Assembly (NCBI GenBank): GCA_001464815.1
Contig: LNDW01000007.1
Location: 79,746 to 143,745 of the forward strand
Direction of reading: 5' to 3'
Origin: Betaproteobacteria bacterium Ga0077527
Lineage (GTDB): Bacteria; Pseudomonadota; Gammaproteobacteria; Burkholderiales; SG8-41
DNA: 64,000 bases
Notes under the pieces: model-generated
Told to the model about the DNA's origin: nothing
Database searches by the model: none
The model's input: only the letters and a program-made list of their open reading frames with translations
Made by a program: the position numbers and the translations under genes
In this document: positions 62,078-64,000 of the stretch, piece after piece
Position numbering within the stretch: the first letter of the stretch is position 1
How the letters are laid out: the number at the start of each line of letters is the position of its first letter

Positions 62078-63253
62078 TTACAAAGTCGGCAAATCGGCGG
62101 CAATGCCCAGCAGGTCCTTGCCCGCCATCGTGGTGGCGATGTCCCAGGCCAGCGCGTAGTGGCTGTTCGCCGCGTGTACGTCACGGAAGGAACGCTGGAT
62201 TGTCTGCTGGTTGTAGAGGAATTCGCCGCCACCGGCACCAAACAGCAGGTCCACCGCGGTGGTGCAGAGGTGGGCGGCATAGGCGCCGTCGCGGCGCAGG
62301 CGGATCTTGTGGTCACGCGCCAGCACACCTGTTGCGGCCAGCGCCATCACATCGCGGCAATTGCCGAGCAGCGTGCGTTCAGCGGCGGCCACCGCCGCGG
62401 CGGCATGACCCAGCCGCGACTGCGTGGTCGCGTAGTCGGCGAGCAGCGTGGTCGAGTAGGCGGTGATGCGGTGGCGGATGTCCTCGGTGAAACTCTCGAG
62501 CGCGCCCTGGGCGATGCCCAGCGCGGCGCCGGCGACCACATACGGAAACAAGTCGAATACCGGCAGCCGGTAGAGCGCCGCGGTTTCGCCGCCGGGCGCG
62601 ATGCCGCCTTTCATGTCCTTTACCGCCAGCGCACGGTGCGCCGGCACGAAGATGTTGCTGACCTCAACATCCTTGCTGCCGGTGCCGCGCAGGCCCGCGA
62701 CATGCCAGGTGTCGATGATGCGGTAGTCGGAGGCCGGTACCAGGAACACCTGGTATTCGGGCAACTCGCCTTCGCTGCTGTGGGCGATGCCGCCGAGCAT
62801 GCACCAGCCGCAGGCGTCGATGCCGCTGGAGAATTTCCAGTGGCCGGAGAGACGGTAGCCGCCATCGGCGCGTTCGGCGTGGCCGGCGGGAAACATCAGT
62901 GCCGAACCCACCAGCGTGTCTGGCGAGGGTCCCCAGATTTCATCCTGTGCCTGGCGCGGCCACAACGCGAGCATCCAGTGGTGGTTGGCGAGGTTGGCCA
63001 GAACCCAGGCGGTCGAGCCGCAGCCGCGGCCGATGATCGCGGTCAGCTCGACGATGGCTTCATAGGACAGTTCGCTGCCGCCCACCCGTTTCGGTTGCAG
63101 CATGCGAAACAGGCCGCTGGCATGCAGGTCGGCCAGCGTGTCATCGGGAATACGCCGCAGTTCCTCGGCGCGTGATGCCCGCTCGCGCAGCCTGGGAACC
63201 AGCACCAGTGCGCGCTGGACCAGCTCGGCGTGCGTGGGCGCGGCGACGGCCAT
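62078..63253 (-). CDS. acyl-CoA-dehydrogenase-fold flavin-dependent monooxygenase (oxygenase component, C2-HpaH/HsaA-like)
   Basis: 391 aa with a family-like N-terminus (..RA.E.E..R..P..T...L...GLFR.LQP...GG.E), ..G.W.F.SG...... and ..RD.HA...H. Confidence 0.7.
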   Translation of the reverse strand: MAVAAPTHAELVQRALVLVPRLRERASRAEELRRIPDDTLADLHASGLFRMLQPKRVGGSELSYEAIVELTAIIGRGCGSTAWVLANLANHHWMLALWPRQAQDEIWGPSPDTLVGSALMFPAGHAERADGGYRLSGHWKFSSGIDACGWCMLGGIAHSSEGELPEYQVFLVPASDYRIIDTWHVAGLRGTGSKDVEVSNIFVPAHRALAVKDMKGGIAPGGETAALYRLPVFDLFPYVVAGAALGIAQGALESFTEDIRHRITAYSTTLLADYATTQSRLGHAAAAVAAAERTLLGNCRDVMALAATGVLARDHKIRLRRDGAYAAHLCTTAVDLLFGAGGGEFLYNQQTIQRSFRDVHAANSHYALAWDIATTMAGKDLLGIAADLPTL

Positions 63254-64000
63254 CAGGACTCTACCGGGACGATCTGCTGCGTCGCTGCCGACTTGAAGAT
63301 CGCTTCCAGCGCGGAAATGTTGGCGATCATCTGCGACTGCGGCACCGGGTAGGGGGCGCGGCCTTCGGCAGCGTCGGCGAAGGCTTCGAGGTTGGCGAGC
63401 ACGTTCGGTGCCGGCTCGTAGGCCTTGGTCTCCCGGCTTTCCGGTCCGCCATCGGGGTTGCGGACGACCTTGGTGAAGGTCCAGCCGGTCGGTTTCTCGG
63501 GATGGGTCTTGTCACGCACCTCGACCCACCCCTTGCTGCCATAAACGGCAAAGCGGCCATCGAAGGGCGTGGCGAGAATTGCGCTGATCAGTGCATGGCC
63601 GCCGTTCTTGAACGACACCATGATCGCCAGCGTGTCGCCGTTGACGAGCTGGCTGCCAAGCTGCTTCACACTCGCCAGCACGCGTTCGGCTTCACCGAAC
63701 ACGCCGACGGAAAGATCGAGCAGGTGGATGCCGGTTGCGGTCATCGGACCGGCCGGGGCTTCCTTGCCGGAGAGGCGCCAGTTGTCGGCGGCGAGCGTCA
63801 GGAACTTGTCCTGGCTGAAGTTGGCTTCGACCTGCAGCGGAGTGCCGATCTCGCCGGACTTCACCACTTTCATCAGGTCGATGATCGGCGGCTCGAAGCG
63901 GCGCTCGTGGCCCACCGCGAGGGCGACCTTGTTGTCATTGACGGCTTGGATCGCGCGCAGCACGTCGGCGCGGGTCATCGACAGCGGTTTTTCGCAGAAC
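63253..64000 (-). CDS. Gfo/Idh/MocA-family oxidoreductase, partial (N-terminus beyond window end)
   Basis: Upstream of the ORF-track Met, the same frame continues to the window edge as ..FCEKPLS-MTRADV.., the family EKP motif. The stop overlaps the monooxygenase ATG (ATGA). Confidence 0.75.
   Translation of the reverse strand, partial: FCEKPLSMTRADVLRAIQAVNDNKVALAVGHERRFEPPIIDLMKVVKSGEIGTPLQVEANFSQDKFLTLAADNWRLSGKEAPAGPMTATGIHLLDLSVGVFGEAERVLASVKQLGSQLVNGDTLAIMVSFKNGGHALISAILATPFDGRFAVYGSKGWVEVRDKTHPEKPTGWTFTKVVRNPDGGPESRETKAYEPAPNVLANLEAFADAAEGRAPYPVPQSQMIANISALEAIFKSAATQQIVPVES

Noticed and set aside
1-64000. CRISPR arrays, rRNA genes, IS elements, integrases, prophage genes
   Set aside because: I looked for regularly spaced direct repeats, transposase or integrase-like translations and terminal inverted repeats. 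Only the short tandem repeats, REP-like hairpins and AT-rich element reported above were seen.

Overview
GC-rich proteobacterial chromosome segment; the multiple Bug/TctC genes and the rpsF-priB-rpsR-rplI-dnaB layout suggest a betaproteobacterium. I found no rRNA, CRISPR array, IS element or integrase. Contents, left to right: (1) purA 3' end, tRNA-Leu(CAG), rnr-rlmB. (2) A two-partner secretion pair (1416-aa TpsA plus TpsB) behind a perfect CRP-type palindrome. (3) The ribosomal protein/dnaB block, a PIN-PhoH gene, bcp and ugd. (4) A selenium cluster, selU-mnmC divergent from selD, in which selD carries an in-frame UGA (Sec) that the ORF track truncates. (5) tesA/ybbA/ybbP, rmuC, mtfA, glk. 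(6) A lower-GC accessory patch with a ParE/RelE TA pair, an AAC(3)-I-like acetyltransferase, a Bug gene and an orphan 412-aa PD-(D/E)xK/NERD-like protein. (7) A roughly 27 kb Mo/W supercluster: mobA-fdhD-moaA, DUF3305-DUF3306-4Fe4S-TorD-TAT peptide-fdhABC, moeA, a TunR-like regulator, tupBCA, a MolBC-like type II ABC pair, a short ModE, modABC, and mobB-moaD-moaE. (8) A long Ala/Glu/Gln/Arg coiled-coil tail-anchored protein. (9) A flavin monooxygenase operon containing a second split selenoprotein, a CMD/AhpD-like protein with CxxU and a GGUC-loop SECIS hairpin. The least explained signal is an AT-rich element (core CAATAAAAACAAT) that recurs at least 7 times, at gene boundaries and inside coding N-termini. 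All family calls come from reading the translations and from memory of those families. No database searches were run.
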